Assembly: GCA_051362555.1 (NCBI GenBank)
Contig: CM120649.1
Span: 6,820,001 to 6,884,000, forward strand
From: Lingula anatina
Taxonomy: Eukaryota; Animalia; Brachiopoda
DNA: 64,000 nucleotides
Direction: 5' to 3'
This document shows, piece after piece, positions 25,401 to 35,397 of the stretch. Each line of letters opens with the position of its first letter. Position 1 is the first letter of the stretch. The translations under genes were made by a program, and so were the position numbers. The notes under the pieces are model-generated. The model did not search any database and had not been told where the DNA came from. It was given only the letters and a program-made list of their open reading frames with translations.

Positions 25401-26362
25401 ATATATACTACAAAAATGTAACTTTAATATACATATGTTACGCAAGCATTTCCCTTACAGCAGCAGGCTTGGTAAAATATTCCATAGGATTTTAGGATAA
25501 TTCAACCTGGACAAGTCCCCCCCCAGTATAATTCCCCCAGAAATGACAATCCCCCCCTTCCCCCCCCCCCCATTCATTAATTAAAAGATGGTTAATTAGC
25601 TAACTAACACACCAAAAGTACGGAGATAACATGTTAAGCCCCAGCGACAATATTTTAAAAGAAGACACATAGTCAGTGCTTTCCCCTGATAATTACTTCA
25701 TTTCAAACAGGACAGAAATTCTGCATGTTTGGCAAGTATCAAGAGTGGACCCTGGAGAACAATTGCAACACCCACCACCCCAACACCCAGTACAAGACCC
25801 TGAAGAACAACCGGGAGAATTGCAACATCAACAGCTACCACAAGAAGGTATTAACCTAGCCATTCCCCAAAACTCCTGCAATGAAAACATAAGATTGCCT
25901 ATACAGGTAGAAGGTGCTCATCAGCCGGAACCCCAAGCACAGCAGCACCTTGTGCAGTACATAAATCTGCACCCCGAAAATTTACCATTGCCTATACAGA
26001 TAGAAGATGCTCATCAGCCTGAGCTCCAAACACAGCAGCACCTTGTGCAGTACATAAATCTGTACCCCGAAAATTTACCATTGCCTATACAGGTAGTAGA
26101 TGAGGAAACAGAGCAGTACGTAGATCTGCACCCCGAAAATTTACCATTGCCTATACAGGTAGTAGATGAGGAAACAGAGCAGTACGTAGATCTGCACCCC
26201 GAAAATTTACCATTGCCTATACAGGTAGTAGATGAGGAAACAGAGCAGTACATAGACCTGCACCCCGAAAACATACCATTGCTTATACAGGTAGTAGATG
26301 AGGAAACAGAGCAGTACGTAGATCTGCACCCTGAAAACATGCCAGGATATCCACTAGCCTGA
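10428..26362 (+). CDS. Spliced gene for a predicted ~887-aa repetitive, acidic, Q/E-rich (likely disordered) protein with many YxxL/I and PxQxxD motifs; 26 coding exons
   Basis: All introns are GT-AG, phases are compatible and there are no internal stops. Leading exons: A0 10428-10553 (MTDQQVRQ..GNGQ), B0 11581-11645, C0 12015-12069, fused BC 12517-12621. Then five modules of B' 65 nt, A 133, B 65, C 61. B' starts: 12948/15439/17925/20410/22894. A starts: 13510/15985/18470/20955/23439. B starts: 14790/17272/19759/22243/24726. C starts: 15048/17538/20023/22507/24984. Then B'' 25310-25350 and the terminal exon 25711-26362. Total 2664 nt. Confidence 0.75.
11738..11905 (+). mobile_element. 168-bp MITE with CAGGGGCGGAT TIRs and a 5-bp TSD (hAT5-like)
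   Basis: ATTAG|CAGGGGCGGAT...ATCCGCCCCTG|ATTAG. The empty site (AAATATTAGTTTACATTTC) is present in all five paralogous introns of the array. A second copy is at 39716-39881. Confidence 0.9.
12800..25360 (+). repeat. Tandem array of five ~2485-bp units plus a partial sixth; each unit carries four coding exons (324 nt, 108 aa)
   Basis: Exon-A spacings are 2475, 2485, 2485 and 2484 bp. The same small ORFs recur in the track. Inner units differ mostly in homopolymer and microsatellite length. Confidence 0.98.
25711..26362 (+). CDS. Terminal exon of the exon-array gene, with internal 93-nt and 66-nt coding repeats (YVDLHPENLPLPIQVVDEETEQ)
   Basis: Acceptor TTTCAAACAG|G is phase 2 and matches the preceding exon. 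It corresponds to ORF 25676-26362. It has two ~31-aa repeats and about four 22-aa repeats, and the stop TGA is at 26360-26362. Confidence 0.8.
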
Positions 26363-28230
26363 GCACTATAAGCATAGCAGCACCCTGTGCAAGATGCTGG
26401 GGGTGTACCACCATTCCTGGCATAAATTAGAAAATGATGATGTAGATCAAAATTTCAATGAGGGCATACAGTAGCAATCCACATGGACATGAAAGAGCTG
26501 TTATAGGTATCCCCCCCTTTCAACAGTCATGGGACAGTGCAAAATCAGAAATAACTTAGAGTCAGAAATAACTGAGAAAATATTCTCTTTTGGGAGAAAT
26601 TGCAAACACTCAAAGAAGCCATTTCACTGTATTAAGAAAGTGAAATGTCAAATTCAAGGTTACATTTTGATTTACCATGTACAGCTAAATGACAGCATTG
26701 CTTTTCAGTTGTTAAGTCAAATTAAGGAATGTGCATGACCAACAGCCCCTGTCCCAACAAAGCGGGCAGAATCATATAAGTACAGGCATTATAGTGTCTG
26801 TACATAAAAAATAGAATATGCAACTTAAATTATGCATTCTACACCCAGTCTGAATTGGGGGACCAATTAAAACATTTCCAAGCATAGTGTCATCTTATGT
26901 AAATGTTACCAAGATGCATGTGGAGTGTGGTAAAGAAGAACCAATTAAACTTTCCTTTTATGTAAATTCTTTCTGCTGGACAATAAGTTGCAAAGTAAAA
27001 CAAGGTCAAGTCCAGCTTGTCACATCCGTCTCCTGCTTGAATGGTCCAGTGGTTAGTTAAATTCTCTTCCATTTCAATTCTGCAATATAATGAAACAGCA
27101 ATGGTTATAATGCAGGATCTGATGGAGAAACATAATTAAGAGATAAACATATTATTTTATTATTATGCAATAAATGTCTTCAAATTTATGTAGAATAGCA
27201 AGCAGTAAAAGAAATTGAAACATAAGTAAGTTGATGTTTATTCACATGTATTGAATTATAAGGTATGATAAGATATATTTATATATGTGTGTTTATACCC
27301 TGAAGATTTTGTTGAAACAGCTGCAATTGGGATCAAAAGTCTATTCTTTTTCTTTATTTTTCTGTTGTATGAACTTGTGCAGTTGACTTTATTTTCAAAC
27401 TTTTAAACTCTCTATATTAAGTATTTAGAGTATAAACATGTATGTATGTATATATATATTTGAAAAGTGTGTCAAACTGTTGAATGTTAGAGTCCCAGAA
27501 AACAGTGGTCCGTGTTACGAGGCAGATGATGGTTACACTAATTGACTACTGCAACCTCTATGTTTCTCTTGCCCAAGGCAATACAGCACCTACTATATAT
27601 ATTTCTGCAAGCATGGGTTATTAGTATACTGGTATTTAAAATACTAAAACATAACTTTATTCTTGCATTTAAAATAGAAATGTTATCTTATATTTAGACT
27701 GTGTATAGTTGACATTAAATTATTAATTAAAGTGGAGGGTTATCAAGTAGTTTCTTCATTCTGTGCACTTAGTGTACTAATTAATTTAGTTTATCTAGTT
27801 AAGTTGCATTGTACCAAATACTGTGAGTCAAACCTATTGCTTAATATTTGGAGTTATATGTCATTCAAGCATACTAGCAATTGGAAAGATATGACTAAAT
27901 TTCACTCATATTTTACACAGAACATAAGAGAAATTTCTTAACATCTAGAGTATGTTTAATATTGTGATAACATGTTGGAAAATTTCACCATACTTGGCTT
28001 TGTTTTCTTTACTCTTTGTCTTACATCTGTCATATATACTATTGCTTACCTCTTGGCCTAAAAGTAGAATAAAAGTCACATGTATGAACAGCTTGAACAG
28101 CGTATTCGTCTTTAATTTTATGCAATTCTATGACAACATCAATTGAATCTTTTAAATAAATTGGTGGAAAACTGGTCCATCCTTTATCAAAACATTTTTG
28201 ATGTATATAGTTCAAATTTGATTATAACTA

Positions 28231-28322
28231 GGGCTCTATTCCCATAGATTTTAGATCGATTTATCCCCGCGGGGAGTCTCACTAGATTACTTTCAGATAA
28301 TCCGACTTAAATGTCCATCCCG
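28231..28322 (-). mobile_element. Truncated copy of MITE family X
   Basis: GGGCTCTATTCCCATAGATTTTAGATCGA...TAATCCGACTTAAATGTCC is the reverse complement of the right half of 57512-57726 and 8095-8308. Confidence 0.85.
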
Positions 28323-28357
28323 AAGATGCAATGCTTTATTTATGCTATATAATTTTG

Positions 28358-28406
28358 TTTATTGTCTGACGAGCCTGAAAGAGGCGAAAACATTTACGAC
28401 GAATAA
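28358..28406 (+). ncRNA. Hammerhead ribozyme-like motif (type I, degenerate stem III)
   Basis: CTGACGA(28366)-GCCT-GAAAG-AGGC-GAAA gives an intact core and stem II. Stem I TTATTGT/ACGAATAA is imperfect, and the stem III/cleavage site is degenerate. Confidence 0.55.
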
Positions 28407-28502
28407 TTAAATTAACCATTCCAATCACTATGTGACTTGCTTTGACTTTTAGACTTTTAAAATATATTTTCTGTACCGCGAGTAACTGACTCTCTTTCAA
28501 AA

Positions 28503-28535
28503 AACCCCTGAAGATGCAATGAAACCGGTCGGGGT
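28503..28535 (+). ncRNA. Minimal type I hammerhead-like motif
   Basis: CCC-CTGAAGA-TGCAAT-GAAA-CCGGTC-GGG: conserved core, palindromic stem III ACCGGT, GUC triplet and CCC/GGG stem I. Stem II is weak. Confidence 0.55.
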
Positions 28536-28599
28536 AAAATAACTGCCATTTTTTTATTTCTTTTTGTCACATATATATATACTCGTACAGGAAAAACAC

Positions 28600-29510
28600 T
28601 TTTACTTTCAATATATATATGCATACAAAAGAAATTGATTTTTTTAAACTATACATTTAACTGGGCTTCCCGTTAGATGGGATTTGTCAATCTTGTCACG
28701 TCTTGCTTCAGACGCAGGTAAAGGTACTAAATGGTTGGCATATATATGTATACATTATAAAAATATTTCAAGATGAAGGCAGATGTCTGGAGATTCCACA
28801 TTATATACAAATGAAGATCCATTAAAAAAAAAAAACATGCCTCAGACACATTACCCATAGGATACATCTGTGAAACTCAGACAGAGTCAGAGTAGAGGTG
28901 TCTTATTAATTAATGTATAAATGCTCCCTTCAACATTGACAGCTCTTCAAACTTTTCATATGTATATGAACGTATTTCAAGATGACAGCGGATTGGTGTT
29001 TTTATGTAAAAGAAAATTAGACTAAATAAATTTATATACTTTCATCTAGCGGGGTCATAGCAGAAAGGTTTGCAAATGTGTACAGGGCGGCGCTTGAAAC
29101 GGCGGGATACAATGGAAGGTCGGTGAGCAGTGGCATTAAATTAAGCCATTCTCACTCCAGTGAAAAGAGAAGACGCAACAGAAGAGTTATTTGGTTCAAC
29201 CCACCTTACTTAAAAAACGTTAAAACGAATATTGGTCATAGTTAGTTACAGTTGTATGAAGAGCATGTGGCAGATTATTCAGGGCCATAATAAGAAAATA
29301 CTAAAAAATATATCAGTAAGTTCTCAAGATAAAAAAATGAAATTGTAGATTTCAAAACAAGTGTTCTTTGCGAGGGGAATTTTTGTCTAGCAATATTGTG
29401 TACCAAACAAGTCACAAAAGCTTTTGTTCTGTTTGCGCCCCTGACGAGGCCTCCGGGCCGAAACAGCGGTAGGGACAAATTAAAATGGAGAGAACAGATT
29501 AACTTTGTTC
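28600..29510 (+). mobile_element. Decayed, internally deleted Penelope-like retroelement (RT followed by C-terminal GIY-YIG endonuclease)
   Basis: Collinear fragments: FQDDSGL (~28975), YRAALETAGY (~29080), RRRNRRVIWFNPPYLKNVKTNIG (29168-29236), VSYSCMKSMWQIIQGHNKKIL (29241-29303), *NCRFQNKCSLRGEFLSSNIVYQ (29338-29406). These are followed by a hammerhead motif and a (CTAT)n microsatellite. The 5' boundary is approximate. Confidence 0.8.
29432..29479 (+). ncRNA. Minimal type I hammerhead ribozyme at the Penelope-like element's 3' end (pLTR)
   Basis: TTTGCGCCC-CTGACGA-GGCC-TCCG-GGCC-GAAAC-AGCG-GTA-GGGACAAA: full core, 4-bp stem II, short stem III, GUA site (predicted cut after 29471) and stem I CCC/GGG plus TTTG/CAAA. 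Confidence 0.8.
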
Positions 29511-32255
29511 GCTTTCTTGTCTATCTATCTATCTATCTATCTATCTATATATATATTGCTGCACCCTGGAGATCCACACCCGTGAAATTGGGCGGGGCAA
29601 GAAGTGAATAAAAATCACCAAACCTCATGTGTGAATTTATGTCAGCAAGAACAATAAGATAATAGGAGAATGAGATTCTTTACCAACCATCCAAAAGGAT
29701 AATAAAATAAATAAATAAATAAATAAATAAAATCATATATATTTTATAACTCTCAAGAAAAGTTATATTATGCCATACTAATCCTTTGAGCAATGGCATT
29801 GTGCTCACTCGTTATGAAGAAGACTGTCTTGTATTGACATCTAATCACCCTTCTAGTTTGGATCGTTCAAGTTTTACATGTGATGTTCCAAGCTCCGAAG
29901 GACCATGGCTCTTGTCTATTAACATTACATTAACTTGTACATCCACGGTGAAATCCCATAACTGCATGACTCCTTTTCAGTTGGTGTCTTTGAGCACATT
30001 TTTAAAAAATTTTTAGGCCTATTTATATAGTAGTCTGGTATAGTAGTAGGCTGGAGTCGTACGATAGACTGCCAAAAGTCGGAGAGGAATTTGCTTTTGG
30101 AGATCTTCAGTGTTTAAACATTGAAGATCTAGCATTAAGACAATCGTTGAATAAGAGAATTAAAAAAGGGCCTACAAAATCAAGGCTTGGTAGCCATCCC
30201 GGCAGCGGCAAGTGGACAGGGGAGATGTATTGATTTTATTGAACTTCTAGTCCGTGTCCCGTAGCTTCTCTGATTCACTTTGTCGAAATAAAAACTCTCT
30301 GTCACACAGTACGTGTAGGCCTACCAGGATTGGGGTATGCCTATACATCTTAAAGTCAGGGTGGAAAAACGCGTCTGTAACGATCTGCTGAAGTTCTAGC
30401 CAGCCTGTTTTATGATCTGAGTATCAAAATCAAACTTGCTGTATTTGAGGGATTCGTCCCGTCCAAGTCGTCCAACGGGGGCGCAGCACACGTTGGTTTT
30501 GGACGGTGACAATAAGTTCACATGGCAGTAGCTGTGGGCATCGTTGTATGCCAATAAAAGAAAGGTCCAAAATCCAAACAATGAAAGGATGGACAAATTG
30601 GCCATGAGAATGACTGCAGCCAAAAGCCGCCCGTGCTTCAGCAGTGTTATCCTAGATAATCCGTCGGTGATGCGTCACGCATCCTAGGAGTTTGATTTTC
30701 ACTATATTTTTTTTTAAATCCCCGAAGAAGGCCTAGGGTCCAAAAGCTTGGATGACATATTACATCTTTAATGTAGATCTTCAAAGATGCACCAGTGTTA
30801 TAACTTGTTTACTTCTTAAGATCTATACGGTGATTTGATATGAATCTTCGAAGTTTTCAAAGACACATTGCGTCGTGATGAGAACGGTGCAGATATGACA
30901 CATCGCCGCAGACTCAACTGAAACAATCGACGTACCTGCAGTTAGGTCTTCTTCATCGCAATAGCAAGAAGTCGAAATGTCAATAAGACACAGAGATTTA
31001 ACACAATCGTCTCATGTGTTGTGTCCTAAAATTACACTACACTGTACGTGATGCGGTGAACTGAAAATACCAGCGTTTTCAACGTCATGACGCTTTACGT
31101 GTTGTCTACGTCGCTGGTGCCCACGCTTCGCTCGAGGCAACGCATAGAAACGAGCAATTTTTTTAAATATCATGGAGATTTTTCATTTGTATTTCTGTCA
31201 GTAGATTCTATTTCTAACCCAAGTTATTACTGGAAAAAATCTCTCTCTTTTTTTTTAGAATTAACTTTTAGAAGCATAAGATTTTAAAAAGGGTTTCCCA
31301 GCTTAACGCATCTCTAATGGCTGAATAAAAGTTAATTTTCATTTTTTTTTAAACTATATGCATGCCTCTGCCCGTTACTTAAAAAGTGACTGGAAACGGC
31401 AGATTTATGCTTAGAGAATAGTGTTTAAATTCATCTGTGAGAATTCAGTTGAACACCATTCATTAGATAAAGCCACGACTGTCACCTGAATCGTGAAAAC
31501 ATGAAACAACAGAAATCGAGAGCATTGTTTCTAGATAAAACTGCAATATTCAATTAATAGGCCTATTTTAGAAACATTTTCAAACAGTAATTTTTGTTTC
31601 GAAAGAGAAAGAAAATATTTTGCAGGAATATGGCAATTCCAGGAGTTGTAGCCTATGCTATAACGTCAATCAACTGTTGTTACTGAAAGAAAAAAAGAAA
31701 GAGATTCTCGACTATTATCGACATAAATTCACGTGGATGATCTTCTTTTAACACACGGGGGCTTGGAATTGGAACAGAATATTTTGCAAGTAATTTTTCT
31801 AACTTTCTTTTCTTTCTACTTCAGTAGTCATTTTTTTTGCATAATCAAACAGGTAGTTATGTGTAGAAAAAGATTCTAATAATTAATTCCTCTTCATTTT
31901 TTTTAAAATTATTCCCATACCCATCCTTAACCTTCCCTTGGTGTCTGTATTATTATTTATTTAGGCTAATTTGTTTTCGTACAGATGAACCTCGGGCATT
32001 TTAAAAATTGGACCTTATATTTGAGGAAATTCGATTTTTTCATACCTATTTATTTATTTAAATGGAAAAAGGTATTGGTTTGATAAGTGCAGGAGGAATT
32101 TCGCAATTGAAACTTGAAAAAAAAAACTTGTTGTCGATGTTTTATACTATGTAATTGCCCTTTAAATTTGACATTTCCACTCCACCCCCACCGTGCCCTC
32201 AAATTAAAATTGATATAGGCTACACACACAATCACAAACACACACCGAACAACCC

Positions 32256-32421
32256 CAGGCCCGTAGCCAGTAATTTCAAAAGGGGCGGGGTCCTTTTTCT
32301 CCCTTTTACCATAAAACCGTCGTTCACTTTTTGCCCAGAGGGGTCCTTTCGCGTGGCCGGCAAAAAGAGGGGTGATCATTTGAAACCCCCCCCCCCTCCC
32401 TCTACCCCTACTACAGCTTTG
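32256..32421. mobile_element. Short degenerate hAT-like MITE (related fragment ~56975-57220)
   Basis: CAGGCCCGTAGCCAG...poly-G/C...CTACAGCTTTG with a degenerate TIR. A similar TAGCCAGCAATTTCAAGGGG start occurs near 56980. Confidence 0.45.
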
Positions 32422-33223
32422 GGCCTCAACCTGAAATTTAGCTGTTAAAATATGTTTTCACAATTAGTCTACCGGACCTGTAACGTTTTTGTATTTATGG
32501 TTATATCATTTATATTTAATTATCAGTTCTATTTTATTTTTGGCCCCCATGTCCCCCTCGATGTTATCCCTTGTCCTGCTTTGTAAGGCAATGTTGCTCC
32601 TTTGTTATCAGTGCTCGCTGACTATTGGAAGTCATATATCATTATTTGCCATCGGGGATATGTTTACTTGTCCTCTCCAGCAGTGTTGACATAAATAGTG
32701 TCTATTAGGACACGCGTGGGCTACGTGTTTTCATTCATACATGATTCAGATGAAGTTTGAGATGAGAACGGTTTTTGGCAAAGAAGATCTAGGCTTTGAA
32801 AAAAAAAAAGAAGAAAAATAAAAAATAAATAAAAAACAAATTTTCAGAAATGATTTCTAGTACTGGGCTACAAAATGATTAACCGTGTGCTTTTTTCAGT
32901 TTACAACTCGTGAGGATAAAAAGTTAATTTTCAAAACAAATATATGTTTATAAGGCAATTTTTCACATCAAATGCTGCGCCTCACCTCGCCTACTAAGCC
33001 TAGGTGGCCTGCGAGTACCTGATTACAATATACAGGAGTAGGCCTACAGGTAGACTCTTTGTGTCTCACGGTGTGTTTTGGTGCAACATCCGAAATTATC
33101 ATCTTCAAACAACAAAGGTGGGCATCGTAAATGCTAGATCTGGTATGCAGCAAGCACGGTATTTCACTAACTTATTGTTTAGATAACCACATTTGCGAGA
33201 AAGCAAAAGTTGTCTGCTAGAAG

Positions 33224-33275
33224 TGACGTAAATAGGTCAGTCCCATAATCCCTCATTGCTCATGTCCGCCATATT
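33224..33275 (+). promoter_or_regulatory. Candidate promoter of the TSC22 long isoform (CRE/PAR-like TGACGTAA at 33224; YY1-like CCGCCATATT at 33266)
   Basis: Motif matches ~260-310 bp upstream of ATG 33533 in a locally CpG-richer region. Confidence 0.45.
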
Positions 33276-33532
33276 GAGAGTTGTGACAGAGAGATCTCTC
33301 AGAGGATGTGGTATTTTATCAATTAGAGCTGTTCTTAACAGCGTGAGACAAAATTCCGGTCAGAATTGGACAGGTATGCTGATATGGAGGTGGGTTGAGC
33401 TACAAAGGTACTGTAGTATTACGTTTGGACTTTGAAAACAGCGAGAACGTGACTAATTTTCTTCAGCAGCAAGTCTCGCAGTCAGTGCAAGTTGTGTCTG
33501 TTGAGCTTGGTTCAATTTGGTTACCAGTAAAA

Positions 33533-35163
33533 ATGGCTACCCAGAATAATTCAGACCTTCTGGTATCTGGTTCTACATCAGAACCAGGTAGTGGCGTTGT
33601 AAAACCTACTGAAAATCACGTTGGAGTGCCTCAAGTAGGGTCGGAGGAAGTCGTACCCAGTGAGGAGGGCGGAGAGAAGGGCACCATTGGGAATAAAAAG
33701 AGGAGCTCTTTCCAGATTACCAGTGTTAAAATAGCCAAGTCAAATCGCCAGGCAAATGACACAATCAATGAGGGTGATGCTGATTCTATAGACGAGCTAG
33801 AGGAAAGTCACACTGAGGATCTGAGTTCAGAATTATTGGATAGTTCCAAAGTAACTGAGATTCATGATGGGAATGAATCCTCTGATGAGGAAACCACTAC
33901 AGATCAGCAGTTAGAAATTGAGGGTGAGAACAAGGAGACTGCCTCAAGATTCAAAGTGGTGAAAATTGCCAGCAAAGAGCCATTTTGCAGGGGCAGGTGG
34001 TCTTGCTTCGATTTTCTCGACCCTCCAGTAGTGGAGAAAATGGACGGGGTAGGAGAGGGATCCGGGACTGGGTCCGGTAACTCAAGTGCTGCAAGCTCCG
34101 TGCATTATATCCCAGGTGTTGATGACCCAACCAAAAATCCCTTCAACCCCCTCAGCCCAATCAAAAGTCCTCCCAATAGTATGGAAATGATGGTGCCTGT
34201 TATATTACAGACTGAGCATCACAATGTTATTGTAGTCCCACAGCCAGTGTACGGGATGGGGGAGGAGCACTCGGTTACTAATGAAACTGGTGCATTGCCC
34301 CTCAGTATGAACAGTCACAGTATTGGAGGACAGAATGGGGCCATGACTCAAACTGTGCCAAGTACGGACTATCCTCAGCCTCCCATTGCGTCTTTGCACC
34401 TATCAATGCCACAGGTACAGGCTGCCGAAGGAGGCGGCTATGCTCAGTCAAATCAACCAGTATTAGGCACACAGAATAGCAATTTTATCCCAGTCGGTGG
34501 AGGTCCGGGTGGAGGTCCATCATCGCAACAACAGCAAAAACAACAGCAACAACAAGGACAACAGCAGCAACAGCATTATCACCAGTCACAAGGCCCGAGT
34601 GGCCAGGTAGCTTCACAGTCACAACAACAACAACCCGTCAGCAGTAGTCAGCAACAGCAACAGAATGCAGCAGCAGCAGCAGCAGGCCAAATGTTACAAC
34701 AGCAACAACAGCCACAGCAGCAACAACAACAACAACAGCCAGGTGCCACCGGTGGTTCAGCATCCCAAGCTGGTGTACAACAGCCACCCCCACAACCGCA
34801 ACAACAACAGCAACTACCCCCAGGGACAGAGGGCTTGTTGCCCCAGGGGATCCCACCCAAGCAACCCTCCTTGCCAGGCTCGGACCCTTCGGCTCCACGC
34901 CAACCCTCATCCCAGGCGCAAGGGACCCAGGACTCGGACGACTTACAGCAGATGGTGCCAGCCATGATGACAGGGAATGCTGGGTACCCTCTCGACGGCA
35001 CCCCTGCCACTGACATGGATGGGAATCAGCTGAGTATTGATGTAAAAGAAACGGCAGCACAGACGGCAGCAGTGCTGACGCCACCATTGTTAGAGGTTAT
35101 GGGGACGGCCATCGGTCCACTGGCAGGCAGCACTGAGACCAAAGGCGAAGAAGGCGATGAAAG
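33533..35163 (+). CDS. TSC22D1: TSC22 domain family / bunched long-isoform first coding exon (TSC-box and leucine-zipper exons lie beyond the window)
   Basis: Motif 1 KKRSSFQITSV..DADSIDELEESHTEDLSSELLDSSK and motif 2 SRFKVVKIASKEPFCRGRWSCFDFLD are the two blocks that define long TSC22D/BunA isoforms. A Q/P-rich low-complexity region follows. The start is AAAATGG and the phase-2 donor is GAAAG|GTAGGT. The symbol is a family-level call. Confidence 0.92.
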
Positions 35164-35340
35164 GTAGGTCGTTGCTCATGTGCTTGCTTGTGTTTCTTCT
35201 CACATTTTTTAATACCAGAGAAAGAAGAACATTATGTTAGAAATCTCAGCTTCTCCCCTCCCCCCCCCCCCGAGCACACATGTGGGTGTACAGACACACA
35301 TATACACATGAACACAAATACGTGTGCGCGCGCGTGCGTA

Positions 35341-35352
35341 CACACACACACA

Positions 35353-35394
<42 letters not shown>
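35341..35394. repeat. (CA)n microsatellite
   Basis: Read directly from the sequence. Confidence 0.95.

Positions 35395-35397
<3 letters not shown>

Noticed and set aside
25895-26300. RHIM or calcineurin PxIxIT reading of the IQV/IQI repeats
   Set aside because: The RHIM core needs a Gly after IQI/V, which is absent, and the Pro spacing does not fit PxIxIT.
12800-26340. CRISPR-like array interpretation of the repeats
   Set aside because: Eukaryotic context, no constant repeat with unique spacers, and no cas genes.
26014-26340. Minus-strand Cys/Ser-rich repeat ORF
   Set aside because: Antisense shadow of the 66-nt coding repeat. The plus strand has the matching acceptor and phase.
29338-29340. 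TGA at the first Cys of the CxC motif as selenocysteine (known from some Naiad PLEs)
   Set aside because: The element is riddled with deletions, stops and an adjacent frameshift. A single TGY>TGA change is simpler, and I identified no SECIS.
33395-33532. TTG-initiated 46-aa N-terminal extension of the TSC22 ORF
   Set aside because: Artefact of a prokaryote-style start in the ORF track. ATG 33533 has a good context, and a possible 5' UTR donor lies at 33374.
34638-35087. Cys-rich/Val-rich antisense and alternate-frame ORFs
   Set aside because: Shadows of the CAG/CAA polyQ tract.
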